Positions 19,020 to 30,684 are shown, counted from the stretch's first letter. The stretch: DNA of 32,000 nucleotides from Candidatus Saccharimonadota bacterium (GCF_039383305.1 NZ_CP135009.1:330001-362000), one strand, 5' to 3'. Translations and numbers: made by a program. The notes: a model not told the origin generated them from the sequence alone.

Positions 19020-19151
19020 AATAAGATATAATATTAAAATTTTAAAAAATATAATTATCTTATATTATAAAAATATTAAAAAATTTATTTTTTTAATATA
19101 AAATTTATTTTTTTTTAAAAAAAAAGAATATTTAAAATAGGAAAATATAAT

Positions 19152-21032
19152 ATGGATAAAAATACAAAAAAAAAAACTCATATTTTTCAATCTGAAGTCA
19201 AACAATTATTACATTTAATGATACATTCTTTATATTCTAATAAAGAAATATTTTTAAGAGAAGTTATATCTAATGCATCAGATGCAATAGAAAAATTAAG
19301 ATTTTCTAAATTATCTTCTCCAGAAAATTTTTCAAATTTAATTTCTCCTGGAAAAATTCAAATATCATTAAATAAATCAGAAAAAACAATAACTATTTCA
19401 GACAATGGAATAGGAATGACTAAAAAAGAAATTATTAATAATTTAGGAATTATTGCTCAATCTGGAACTAAAAATTTTTTAAAAAATCTTAAAAAAAATA
19501 ATACACAAAAAAATGATTTTATTGGAAAATTTGGAGTAGGATTTTATTCTATTTTTATTGTTGCTGAAAAAGTTGCTGTATATACACGTCACGCTAACAT
19601 TCATAACAATTTAGGAATTTTATGGGAATCTGAAGGTAAAGGAACATATACAATTCAAGAAATTCCTTTAAAAGAGATTGGAACTCAAATTATTTTATAT
19701 TTAAAAGATACAGAAAAAGAATTTTTAGAAGAATGGAAAATTAAACAAATTGTTAAAAAATATTCAGATCACATTTCAATTCCAGTAGAAATTTCAAAAT
19801 ATGACGAAAAAACAAAAACAATATCTTGGGAAAAAATAAATAAAGCGCAATCTTTATGGACTTTACCAAAAACAAATATTACAAAAAAAGAATATCAAGA
19901 ATTTTATTCTTATCTAACTCAAGATACTGAAAAACCATTAATCTGGACACATAATATTATCGAAGGATCCCAATCATATATTAATTTAATGTATATTCCT
20001 AAAAAAACTACATGGGATATGTGGAATCGTGAAAATAAACATGGTTTAAAACTATATGTTAAAAATGTATATATTATGGATGATGCAACTCAATTTTTGC
20101 CTAATTATTTAAGATTTGTAAAAGGAATTATAGATTCTCAAGATTTACCATTAAATGTATCCCGTGAAATTTTACAAAATAATGAATTAACAAAAAATTT
20201 AAAAAAAACTTTAACTAAAAGAATTTTAACATTATTAACAAAATTACAAGATCAAGACCAAAAAAAATATCAAGAATTTTGGAATAACTTTGGAATAATT
20301 TTAAAAGAAGGAATAGCTGAAGATACAGAAAATAAAGATATAATTTCAAATCTATTAAGATTTAATTCCTTAAAAATTTCCCAAAAAATACAAACAGTAT
20401 CTTTAAATGATTACTTAAAAAATTTTAAAGAAAATCAAGAAAAAATTTATTTTTTAACTGCAGATAGTTTTGATTCAGCTTTAAATAGTCCACATTTAGA
20501 AATTTTTAAAGAAAATAATATTGATGTACTATTATTATCTGATCGAGTAGATGAATGGATGATGAATTATTTATTAGAATTTAAAAATAAAAAATTCCAA
20601 TCAATTAGTAAAACTGATATTACATTAGAAAAATTTTTAAAATCAAAACCTATTTTACCAGAAAAAATAAATCAAAAATATTCTCTTTTTATACAAAAAA
20701 TTAAAGAAATTTTAGATAATAAAGTAAAAGACGTCCGGATTACAAATCGATTAACTAATACCCCTGTAATTGTATTAACAGATTCGAATGATATGAGTAC
20801 TCAAATGTCTAAATTGTTTGTAGCAGCAGGACAACAAGTACCTACAATCAAATATATTTTAGAAATTAATATGGAACATAAGTTAATTAAAAAAATTTTA
20901 AAAATTCAAGAAAAAGAAAAATTATCAATTTGGATTGAAATGTTATTTGAGCAAGCTATTCTAGCTGAAAAAGGAAATTTAGAAAATCCAAATAATTTTA
21001 TCAAAAAAATAAATAAATTATTAACAATATAA
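19152..21032 (+). CDS. htpG: Chaperone HtpG (Hsp90)
   Basis: 626 aa. GHKL ATPase N-domain motifs EIFLREVISNASDAIEKLRF, DNGIGMT and GKFGVGFYS are present, plus the middle-domain motif LPLNVSREILQ. Confidence 0.95.
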   Translation: MDKNTKKKTHIFQSEVKQLLHLMIHSLYSNKEIFLREVISNASDAIEKLRFSKLSSPENFSNLISPGKIQISLNKSEKTITISDNGIGMTKKEIINNLGIIAQSGTKNFLKNLKKNNTQKNDFIGKFGVGFYSIFIVAEKVAVYTRHANIHNNLGILWESEGKGTYTIQEIPLKEIGTQIILYLKDTEKEFLEEWKIKQIVKKYSDHISIPVEISKYDEKTKTISWEKINKAQSLWTLPKTNITKKEYQEFYSYLTQDTEKPLIWTHNIIEGSQSYINLMYIPKKTTWDMWNRENKHGLKLYVKNVYIMDDATQFLPNYLRFVKGIIDSQDLPLNVSREILQNNELTKNLKKTLTKRILTLLTKLQDQDQKKYQEFWNNFGIILKEGIAEDTENKDIISNLLRFNSLKISQKIQTVSLNDYLKNFKENQEKIYFLTADSFDSALNSPHLEIFKENNIDVLLLSDRVDEWMMNYLLEFKNKKFQSISKTDITLEKFLKSKPILPEKINQKYSLFIQKIKEILDNKVKDVRITNRLTNTPVIVLTDSNDMSTQMSKLFVAAGQQVPTIKYILEINMEHKLIKKILKIQEKEKLSIWIEMLFEQAILAEKGNLENPNNFIKKINKLLTI

Positions 21033-21114
21033 GATTTAAATTTTATTAAAAAAATTTATATAAATTTTATATAAACTGTTAAAATTTTAAAAATTTATTA
21101 TAATAAATATTTTT

Positions 21115-21149
21115 AGAGTTCCGTAAAATAATTCAGGAACTCTTTTTTT
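21115..21149 (+). terminator. Intrinsic terminator downstream of htpG
   Basis: agagttcc (21115-21122) pairs perfectly with ggaactct (21136-21143) around a 13-nt loop. A run of seven T follows (21143-21149, the first being the last stem base). On the minus strand it would be followed by A residues, so it is plus-strand specific. Confidence 0.7.
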
Positions 21150-21245
21150 AAATTTTTTTAAAAAAATATTAATAAGAAAATTTAAAATATTTATCATTTT
21201 AACTTCATAATATAAAATTTAATTTAATATTTTTTATAAAAAATA

Positions 21246-21319
21246 TGCGCTCTAAAGGGCTTGAACCTATAACCTACAGCTTAGAAGGCTGTTGCTCTAT
21301 CCAATTGAGCTAAGAGCGC
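21246..21319 (-). tRNA. argU: tRNA-Arg (anticodon UCU), CCA not encoded
   Basis: The reverse complement GCGCTCTTAGCTCAATTGGATAGAGCAACAGCCTTCTAAGCTGTAGGTTATAGGTTCAAGCCCTTTAGAGCGCA folds as a cloverleaf. Acceptor GCGCTCT/AGAGCGC, anticodon loop CTTCTAA. It resembles E. coli argU. The T-stem ATAGG/CCTTT carries one U:U mismatch. Confidence 0.85.
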
Positions 21320-21450
21320 AAAAAAATAAATTATTTATCATTATAACTAAAAAAAAAAAAAGTGCAATAATTTATTAATTTTTATCTTATATATATACTT
21401 TTTTCAAAAAATTTAAAAAAATTCAATTAATTTTAAATCAAAAAAACCTT

Positions 21451-22308
21451 ATGACTACAAAAATCTTAAATGGTTCTAAAATTGCTTTAAAAATATTAAA
21501 AAAGCTTAAAAATAAAGTAAAATTAAAAACTCAACATGGAAAAAGGTCTCCCGGATTAGCTATTATTTTAATTGGCAATTTACCTGAATCTTTACTATAT
21601 ATTAAAAATAAAAAAATAGCCGGAAAGTTTGCGGGATTTCTCATAAAATGTTTTTTCTTTGAGATCAATGTCACCGAATTTATAATTTTAAAAAAAATAA
21701 AAGATCTTAATAAAGATAAAAATATTGATGGAATTTTAATACAATTACCTATCCCTCAACATTTAAACTATATAAAAATTTTTAGTAGCATAAATCCTAC
21801 AAAAGACATTGAAGGATTTCATCCTTATAATATAGGAAAATTTTATCAAAAATCACCTATTTTTCGACCATGTACTTCAAAAGGAATTATTACATTATTA
21901 AATTACTATAAAATAAATATATATAATTTACATGCTTTAATTATCGGAGATTCTAATACAGTAGGAAAACCTATGTTATTAGAACTATTAATGCAAAATT
22001 GCACGACAAGTATTGTACACAAAAATACCAAAAATCTAAAAAATCTTACTAAATATGCAGATCTGATTATTATAGCAATTGGAAAACCAAATTTTTTATA
22101 CGGCACTTGGATCAAAAAAAATTCTATTATTATAGATGTTGGAATTAATTATATAAATAAAAATACTATTATAGGAGATGTACATTATAATTCAGCATCT
22201 TTAAAAACCTCATATATTACCCCAGTACCTGGAGGAGTTGGTCCAATGACTGTAGTATCTTTATTACAAAATACTTTTAAAGCTTATCAAAAATTTCAAA
22301 AAAATTAA
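21451..22308 (+). CDS. folD: Bifunctional methylenetetrahydrofolate dehydrogenase/cyclohydrolase FolD
   Basis: 285 aa, colinear with E. coli FolD: IDGILIQLPIP, GFHPYNIGK, RPCTSKGIITLL, GKPMLLELL, YITPVPGGVGPMTV. Confidence 0.95.
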   Translation: MTTKILNGSKIALKILKKLKNKVKLKTQHGKRSPGLAIILIGNLPESLLYIKNKKIAGKFAGFLIKCFFFEINVTEFIILKKIKDLNKDKNIDGILIQLPIPQHLNYIKIFSSINPTKDIEGFHPYNIGKFYQKSPIFRPCTSKGIITLLNYYKINIYNLHALIIGDSNTVGKPMLLELLMQNCTTSIVHKNTKNLKNLTKYADLIIIAIGKPNFLYGTWIKKNSIIIDVGINYINKNTIIGDVHYNSASLKTSYITPVPGGVGPMTVVSLLQNTFKAYQKFQKN

Positions 22309-23717
22309 AAAAAATATTCCGAATCAAATTTTGAATCATTTATAAAAATTTTTAATTTATATAATTTTTCTCGTATATCATCAGCTAAATCCCATTGTTT
22401 ATTTTTTCTATATTTATTTCTTAATTTTAATAAATTTTTAATATAATATTTTGAATCTAGACAATTTTGAAAAATATTTAAAGATTTTTTAAAAGAAAAT
22501 TTTAAAAAAATACCTAAAAAATTTCCTAAGTACAGTAAAGTAAATACTAAATATTTTTCTAAAAAAAAATTTTTTCCATAAAGAGATTTAATATATTTAG
22601 ATAATTTATATAAAATAGAACATGCTTTAGGAGTATTAAAATCATTTTCTAAAGCCTTCATGAATAAATTTATAAATTTTTTTTGTTCTATAAAAATAAT
22701 TTTAAAAGAAACTTTTGAAAAATTATATAAATTTAAAACAGAATAAATACGATTCATAATATTTTTTGAAGAAATTAAATTTTTTTCTAAAAAATTTAAA
22801 GGTCGACGATAATGTGTGGATAATAAATAATATTTTAAAACATCTACTGTATAATATTTTCTTAAATAACGAATTGTAACAATATTTTTTAAAGATTTTG
22901 ACATTTTTGAATTATTAAAAATTATCATTCCTACATGTACCCAAAAATATGCACAAGAATTTTTTTGAAAACTAATTGATTGCGCTCTTTCATTTTCATG
23001 ATGCGGAAACAATAAATCTATACCACCTCCATGAATATCTGCTCCGTCAGGAAAAAATTTATAATTAATGGCAGAACATTCAATATGCCACCCAGGTCGC
23101 CCTAATCCCCATGGAGAATTCCAAAAAATTTCTTTTTCATTTTTCTTTTTTTTTTGCAATTTCCATAATACAAAATCAACATTTTTTTTTTGAAAAAAAA
23201 CAGGTATTTTTTGTAAAAAATTTTTATTAAATAAATTAGAAAAACATTGAGAAAATTTTCCATAATCTTTAAATTTAGAAATTTTAAATAAAACATCTCC
23301 ATTTTCAGAAATATATGCAATTTTTTTATTTAATAGTTTTTGAATCATAAAAATAATTTCAAAAATATATTCTGTAATTAACGGTTCTTTTGTCGGTAAT
23401 AATAAATTTAAAGAATTTAAATCTTTTTTCATCTCTTTAATCATACGTGTAGAATATTTTTTTATAGACTGTTTAAATTTTTTGGCGCATTGAATGATCT
23501 TATCATCAATATCAGTAATATTTCTTACATAAAAAACTTTATAATCTAAAAATTTAAAATAACGTACAACTATATCAAAAAATATAAAAGTTCGAGCATG
23601 TCCCACATGACACAAATCATATACTGTCACACCACATACATAAAGATTCATGCATTTATTTTTTTTTACTTGAAATTTTTCTTTTTTTTTTGTAGCAGAA
23701 TTAAAAATTTTTAACAT
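22305..23717 (-). CDS. cysS: Cysteinyl-tRNA synthetase
   Basis: 470 aa. YVCGVTVYDLCHVGHARTF (HIGH region), WHIECS and KMSKS are present. Its stop codon (22305-22307) overlaps the folD stop (22306-22308) on the opposite strand. Confidence 0.95.
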   Translation of the reverse strand: MLKIFNSATKKKEKFQVKKNKCMNLYVCGVTVYDLCHVGHARTFIFFDIVVRYFKFLDYKVFYVRNITDIDDKIIQCAKKFKQSIKKYSTRMIKEMKKDLNSLNLLLPTKEPLITEYIFEIIFMIQKLLNKKIAYISENGDVLFKISKFKDYGKFSQCFSNLFNKNFLQKIPVFFQKKNVDFVLWKLQKKKKNEKEIFWNSPWGLGRPGWHIECSAINYKFFPDGADIHGGGIDLLFPHHENERAQSISFQKNSCAYFWVHVGMIIFNNSKMSKSLKNIVTIRYLRKYYTVDVLKYYLLSTHYRRPLNFLEKNLISSKNIMNRIYSVLNLYNFSKVSFKIIFIEQKKFINLFMKALENDFNTPKACSILYKLSKYIKSLYGKNFFLEKYLVFTLLYLGNFLGIFLKFSFKKSLNIFQNCLDSKYYIKNLLKLRNKYRKNKQWDLADDIREKLYKLKIFINDSKFDSEYFF

Positions 23718-23814
23718 AAAAATCTCTCAAAAATTTTTTATTTTTTAATATCAAAATCCTATTTTAAAAAATAATTAAAAAACTAAAAATTTAAAAATTT
23801 TTAAATATTAATAC

Positions 23815-23842
23815 TTGACTTGAAAACCTAAAAGTATAATAT
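23815..23842 (+). promoter_or_regulatory. Candidate sigma70 promoter for ybeD
   Basis: TTGACT (23815-23820), 16 nt, TAATAT (23837-23842), 55 nt upstream of the ybeD ATG. TTGAC is rare in these spacers, but -10-like hexamers are ubiquitous, so support is weak. Confidence 0.3.
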
Positions 23843-23896
23843 AAAAATAATAAGGATTTATTTTTAAAAATAAAAAATAGCTTGGAATAATTCAGA

Positions 23897-24160
23897 ATGC
23901 AAATTACATTAGAAAAAATGTTAAAATTTCCATGTACTTTTACATATAAAGTGATAGGATTGTCACAACCAGAATTAACAAATAATATTATTAAAGTAAT
24001 ACAAATTCATATACCTGGAGATTATATACCTCAAATTAAATCTAGTAATAAAGGTACATATCTTTCAATTTCAGTAACAATTTGTGCTAAAAATTTTCAA
24101 CAAATAGAAAATTTATATAATGAATTAAGTAAAATACATTTAGTTAGAATGGTATTATAA
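23897..24160 (+). CDS. ybeD: UPF0250 protein YbeD
   Basis: 87 aa, colinear with E. coli YbeD: LKFPCTFTYKVIG, PGDYIPQIKSSNKGTY and the C-terminal LVRMVL (E. coli LEFPTPFTYKVMG, PGDYTPTVKPSSKGNY, IVRMVL). Confidence 0.85.
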   Translation: MQITLEKMLKFPCTFTYKVIGLSQPELTNNIIKVIQIHIPGDYIPQIKSSNKGTYLSISVTICAKNFQQIENLYNELSKIHLVRMVL

Positions 24161-24165
24161 AAATT

Positions 24166-24200
24166 TTGCGATGCGGTATCATATAAAATCCGCACCGCAA
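24166..24200. terminator. Hairpin between convergent ybeD and cspE (probable shared terminator)
   Basis: ttgcgatgcgg (24166-24176) pairs with ccgcaccgcaa (24190-24200). One position is A:C on the plus-strand RNA but G:U on the minus-strand RNA, so the stem is fully paired for the cspE transcript. The minus-strand version is followed by AAAAUUUUU. It is G+C-rich in an AT-only context. Confidence 0.6.
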
Positions 24201-24255
24201 AAGCTTGGCTCATGAAAAGCATTAATATTTTTTTTAAAAAAAATTAAAAATAATA

Positions 24256-24465
24256 TTATAAGCTAATAACATTTGCGGCTGATGGCCCTTTAGCGCCTTC
24301 GGTAATTTCGAATTCAACGCTTTGACCCTCTGCCAAAGTTTTAAATCCGTTGCTTTGGATAGCTGAAAAATGAACAAATACATCTTTGCTACCATCTTCA
24401 GGAGTAATGAAACCGAAACCTTTAGATTCATTAAACCACTTAACATTACCTTTAATCTTGGACAT
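24256..24465 (-). CDS. cspE: Cold-shock-domain protein CspE/CspC type
   Basis: 69 aa: [37 protein letters not shown]..., with RNP-1 (KGFGFI) and RNP-2 (VFVHF). It is nearly identical to enterobacterial CspE. AAGG lies ~10 nt upstream. It is visibly far more G+C-rich than surrounding genes. Confidence 0.95.
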   Translation of the reverse strand: MSKIKGNVKWFNESKGFGFITPEDGSKDVFVHFSAIQSNGFKTLAEGQSVEFEITEGAKGPSAANVISL

Positions 24466-24653
24466 CTATATATTACCTTCGAGTGAAAAATATAAACTAT
24501 ATAGCTTATACCTGCAGTTAATTCAAAAATTAAAAACAATTTAATTCCGTATAGACTATAAAAGTATTACAATTTAATTAAAAAAATCTAAAAATAATTA
24601 AAAATATAAAAAAATATTTTAATATTTTTATAATATTATGTAATAAAAATCAA

Positions 24654-24773
24654 AAACCTGGTAATTACCTACTCTCACACAGGGAAACCCTGTACTACCA
24701 TCGGCGTTATAACGTTTCACTTCTGAGTTCGGAATGGATTCAGGTGGTACCATTACACTATATTTACCAGGTT
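24654..24773 (-). rRNA. rrf: 5S ribosomal RNA
   Basis: The plus strand cctggtaattacctactctcacacagggaaaccctgtactaccatcggcg...cttctgagttcggaatgg...ccagg is the reverse complement of a 5S rRNA. Compare E. coli GCCGAACTCAGAAGTGAAACGCCGTAGCGCCGATGGTAGTGTGGGG...GAGAGTAGGGAACTGCCAGG. The ends were placed by alignment to the 120-nt E. coli molecule. Confidence 0.9.
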
Positions 24774-24831
24774 TTTTATAACTTTTAAATATTATTATTA
24801 AATAATTAAAAATTATTATAATTTTTTTCTT

Positions 24832-24853
24832 AGAAAAACACCTCTGGTGTTGT

Positions 24854-24862
<9 letters not shown>
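24832..24862 (-). other. 3' half of the 23S rRNA processing stem
   Basis: agaaaaacacctctggtgttgtaaggttaag is complementary, apart from a short internal bulge, to 27771-27800 (cttaaccttacaacccacaggtgtttttct). This is the classical helix pairing the 5' and 3' flanks of pre-23S (the RNase III substrate in E. coli). Confidence 0.7.
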
Positions 24863-27770
<2,908 letters not shown>

Positions 27771-27777
<7 letters not shown>

Positions 27778-27800
27778 TTACAACCCACAGGTGTTTTTCT
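27771..27800 (-). other. 5' half of the 23S rRNA processing stem
   Basis: Complementary partner of 24832-24862 (see that feature). It spans the mature 5' end and the upstream spacer. Confidence 0.7.
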
Positions 27801-27914
27801 AAATTTTTAATTATTCTCGATTTTTAAAGAACACTACATAATTTGTATAAATTTAAACTTTTAAAATATTAACATATTATTTTAAAGAAGTACATAAAAA
27901 TCTTTTTTAATTTT

Positions 27915-27986
27915 TGTCTCCTAGGGGATTTGAACCCCTATTATCGCCGTGAAAGGGCGATGTCCTAACCATTAGACGAAGGAGAC
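27915..27986 (-). tRNA. gltT: tRNA-Glu (anticodon UUC), CCA not encoded
   Basis: The reverse complement GTCTCCTTCGTCTAATGGTTAGGACATCGCCCTTTCACGGCGATAATAGGGGTTCAAATCCCCTAGGAGACA is colinear with E. coli tRNA-Glu (GTCCCCTTCGTCTAGAGGCCCAGGACACCGCCCTTTCACGGCGGTAACAGGGGTTCGAATCCCCTAGGGGACG). It lies 137 nt upstream of 23S on the same strand. Confidence 0.9.
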
Positions 27987-28011
27987 AAAATATATTTACT
28001 ATTAATTAAAT

Positions 28012-28039
28012 ATGTTACAGAATGAATAAAAAGAGTCAA
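28012..28039 (-). promoter_or_regulatory. Candidate promoter of the tRNA-Glu-23S-5S transcription unit
   Basis: On the minus strand: TTGACT (28039-28034), 16-nt spacer, TAACAT (28017-28012), 25 nt upstream of tRNA-Glu, in the 94-nt aroE-tRNA spacer. It is one of only two intergenic TTGAC occurrences I found. The 16-nt spacing matches that of E. coli rrn P1 promoters. Confidence 0.35.
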
Positions 28040-28080
28040 GTCTTTTTTTATTATTTTTTAAAAAAAATATTTAACACATT

Positions 28081-28917
28081 TTATTTTCTTAAATTATCTA
28101 AAAAATTAATCGTTTTTAAAATATTTGGAATTTTTCCAAACCAATGTAAACAAGAAAATGCAGCCTGAGATACTAACATACCAATTCCATCAGATATTCT
28201 TTGAGCGCCTAATGATTTACAACGTAATAAAAATTTAGTTAAAATTTTTTTTTTACAATAAAACATATCATAACAACATATTTTTTTATGTATTATATCG
28301 CAAGGAAAATCTGGAGATAAATGAAATATACCACTAGATGTAGCATTAATTATTATATCAAAAAAAATATTTTTATCATATTGAAAAAGAAAAACATTTC
28401 TAAATTGAGAAAAATATTGTACTAATAACTTTGCATTTTTTATTGTTCTATTTAAAATATATATAATACAATTTTCTTGTAATAATGCAAAAATAACTGA
28501 TTTTGCAGCACCACCAGCACCTAATAACAAAACATAATTTTTTTTTTTAAAAAATTTTAAACGTTTTAAATCATATACTAAACCTATTCCATCTGTATTA
28601 TTTCCTAATATTAGAGTAGAAGATATTTTAAGTAATGTATTAACTGTACTAGAATTTTTTGAATAATATAAGAATTTTTTTGAAAAATTATAAGCTTTTT
28701 TTTTAAATGGAACAGTAACATTTGCACCAATATTTTCTTTTCTTTTAAAAAAATTTGAAATATTACTAAAAAAATTTTTTTCAGTACATAAAAATGTTTT
28801 ATACATATATAAAATTTTTATTTGTAAAGAAAAATGTTTATGAATAATCGGAGATAAAGAATGTTGTACAGGATTCCCAAATAACCCAATCACAAAAACA
28901 GGAGAAATATTAGACAT
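28081..28917 (-). CDS. aroE: Shikimate dehydrogenase AroE
   Basis: 278 aa. FGNPVQHSLSPIIH, GANVTVPFKKKAY, GNNTDGIGLV, LLLGAGGAAKS, IINATSSGI and DGIGMLVSQAA are colinear with E. coli AroE. Confidence 0.9.
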   Translation of the reverse strand: MSNISPVFVIGLFGNPVQHSLSPIIHKHFSLQIKILYMYKTFLCTEKNFFSNISNFFKRKENIGANVTVPFKKKAYNFSKKFLYYSKNSSTVNTLLKISSTLILGNNTDGIGLVYDLKRLKFFKKKNYVLLLGAGGAAKSVIFALLQENCIIYILNRTIKNAKLLVQYFSQFRNVFLFQYDKNIFFDIIINATSSGIFHLSPDFPCDIIHKKICCYDMFYCKKKILTKFLLRCKSLGAQRISDGIGMLVSQAAFSCLHWFGKIPNILKTINFLDNLRK

Positions 28918-29141
28918 AAAAATAATTATTAAACTCCTTTTAAAAAAAATGTTAAAAAATTAATATTTATAAAACGTTACTAACCAATATAGAATACTTA
29001 TATATTTTTAAAAAATTATATGCTAAAATATTTTTTATTATTATATAAATTATTTATTTTTTTAAAATTTTTTTTATAAAATAAAAAATATTATTTTTAA
29101 AAAAATTTATTCTAAATATTTCATATTAAATCAATATTAAA

Positions 29142-29591
29142 ATGACTATTCAAAAAATTTTAAAATTTCCAAATCTAAAACTAAGAACTATAGCAACACC
29201 TGTTAAAAAAGTTGATAAAAATATTAAAAAAATAATTCATGATATGTTAGATACTATGTATGCTTATCAAGGATTAGGATTAGCGGCTCCTCAAATTAAT
29301 GTTCATAAACAAATTATTGTCATTAGTCCTATTTTTCCACATAAAAAAAATTTAATATTAATTAATCCAAAAATTTTAAAAAAAAAAAAAATCACAAAAA
29401 AATTTGAAGAAGGATGTTTATCTATTCCAAATAAAACTGCATTTTTAAAAAGATATAATAATTTAAAATTAAAAGCTATTAATTATTATGGAAAAAAGAT
29501 AATTTTAAATACTCAAGAATTATTGTCTATTTGTATTCAACATGAAATGGATCACCTAATAGGTAAATTATTTATAGATTATTTAAAATAA
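29142..29591 (+). CDS. def: Peptide deformylase
   Basis: 149 aa. All three deformylase motifs are present: GLGLAAPQ, EGCLSIP, QHEMDHLIG. An in-frame A14 tract lies at 29378-29391. Confidence 0.95.
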   Translation: MTIQKILKFPNLKLRTIATPVKKVDKNIKKIIHDMLDTMYAYQGLGLAAPQINVHKQIIVISPIFPHKKNLILINPKILKKKKITKKFEEGCLSIPNKTAFLKRYNNLKLKAINYYGKKIILNTQELLSICIQHEMDHLIGKLFIDYLK

Positions 29592-29638
29592 TTTTATAAT
29601 AATATAAATCATAATTTTAACAATATTACTAAAAATCT

Positions 29639-30580
29639 ATGAGAAAAAAAAAAATAAAAATTATTTTTGCGGGATCTACACAATTTTCTTTCATGCATCT
29701 TAAAAACATTTCTTTTACAAAACATAAAATAAAAGCAATTTTAACTAAAAAAATCAAAAAATTTAAAAAAAATAATGATATTCAAAAATTTTCTAAAAAA
29801 TATAATATTCCTTATTTTACATTTCATACTTTAGAAAATTCCAAAACTTATAAAATTATACATAAATTTAAAGCAGATCTATTAATTGTAGTCGCATATG
29901 GATTATTAATTCCAGAAAAAATTTTAAAATTATTTCCTTTAGGAGCTATAAATTTTCATGCATCTATACTACCACAATTAAGGGGAGCAGCTCCAATTCA
30001 GTGGGCTATTTTATTAGGAAAAAAAGAAACTGGTGTTAGCGCTTTCTTTCTGAATAAAAATCTTGATTCAGGCAAAATTATTTGTTCTTTAAAATGCCCT
30101 ATAGAAAAAAAAGAAACATATAGTACGTTATCTGCAAAATTAGTTATTTTATCTTTAAATATTCTTCATCAAATTTTATCTATTTTTGCACAAAAAATCA
30201 CTCCATATTCTAATTATCAAAATAAAAAATTAATTACTTATGCTCCAAAAATTTTTAAAAAACAAACACAACTTTATTGGACTCATTCTGCAAAAAAATT
30301 AGATAGACAAATTCGTGCATTTTACCCTTCTCCCAACAGTTTTTTTTTTATAAAAAAAATTCGAATTAAAGTACTTAAAACAAAAACCCAAAATATAAAA
30401 AAAAATAAAAATTTACAAATAGGTGAAATTATAAAAGCCAATAAAAAAGGAATTTATATCAATACAAAAAAAAACATATTAATATTAAAAAAAATTCAAA
30501 TTCAAAATAAAAAACCTTTATATATTTCCGACATTTTAAATTCTAAAAAAAAATGGTTCTTACCAGGAACAATTTTATAA
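29639..30580 (+). CDS. fmt: Methionyl-tRNA formyltransferase
   Basis: 313 aa. IIFAGSTQFS, the formyltransferase core NFHASILPQLRGAAPIQWAI (E. coli [20 protein letters not shown]) and DSGKII are present. def-fmt operon order is kept. Confidence 0.95.
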   Translation: MRKKKIKIIFAGSTQFSFMHLKNISFTKHKIKAILTKKIKKFKKNNDIQKFSKKYNIPYFTFHTLENSKTYKIIHKFKADLLIVVAYGLLIPEKILKLFPLGAINFHASILPQLRGAAPIQWAILLGKKETGVSAFFLNKNLDSGKIICSLKCPIEKKETYSTLSAKLVILSLNILHQILSIFAQKITPYSNYQNKKLITYAPKIFKKQTQLYWTHSAKKLDRQIRAFYPSPNSFFFIKKIRIKVLKTKTQNIKKNKNLQIGEIIKANKKGIYINTKKNILILKKIQIQNKKPLYISDILNSKKKWFLPGTIL

Positions 30581-30606
30581 AAAATTTATTTAAAAATTTT
30601 TTAAAT

Positions 30607-30630
30607 AACGGCATAAAAATGCCGTTTTTT
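30607..30630 (+). terminator. Intrinsic terminator after fmt (possibly bidirectional with rplQ)
   Basis: aacggcat (30607-30614), aaaa, atgccgtt (30619-30626), then TTTT (30627-30630). The stem is perfect and lies between convergent fmt and rplQ. The minus-strand version is followed by AUUUAAAAAAUUUUU, a weaker tail. Confidence 0.7.
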
Positions 30631-30684
30631 ACAAAAAAAAATTCTTTCAAAATTTCAAAATATTTTAAGTTTTAAAAAAATTCT

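Noticed and set aside
21906-22115. 69-aa ORF antisense to folD.
   Set aside because: It is nested antisense in a conserved gene and has no supporting signals.
22815-22823. Perfect DnaA-box 9-mer (TGTGGATAA, i.e. TTATCCACA on the minus strand).
   Set aside because: It is a single isolated copy inside the cysS coding sequence, with no cluster and no AT-rich unwinding-element context distinct from the background. It is most likely chance.
23102-23320. 72-aa ORF inside cysS (same strand, other frame).
   Set aside because: It is a low-complexity K/F-rich translation of poly(A)/poly(T)-rich sequence, nested in a conserved gene.
24234-24539. 101-aa minus-strand ORF overlapping cspE.
   Set aside because: It is an alternative frame of the same strand as the strongly conserved 69-aa CspE (24256-24465). 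It has no recognisable similarity and is explained by the local G+C richness.
28511-28518. Chi octamer (GCTGGTGG on the minus strand) in a genome that keeps recBCD.
   Set aside because: It is a single copy that simply encodes the conserved GAGGA glycine-rich dinucleotide-binding motif of AroE. A functional claim would need genome-wide enrichment and orientation bias.
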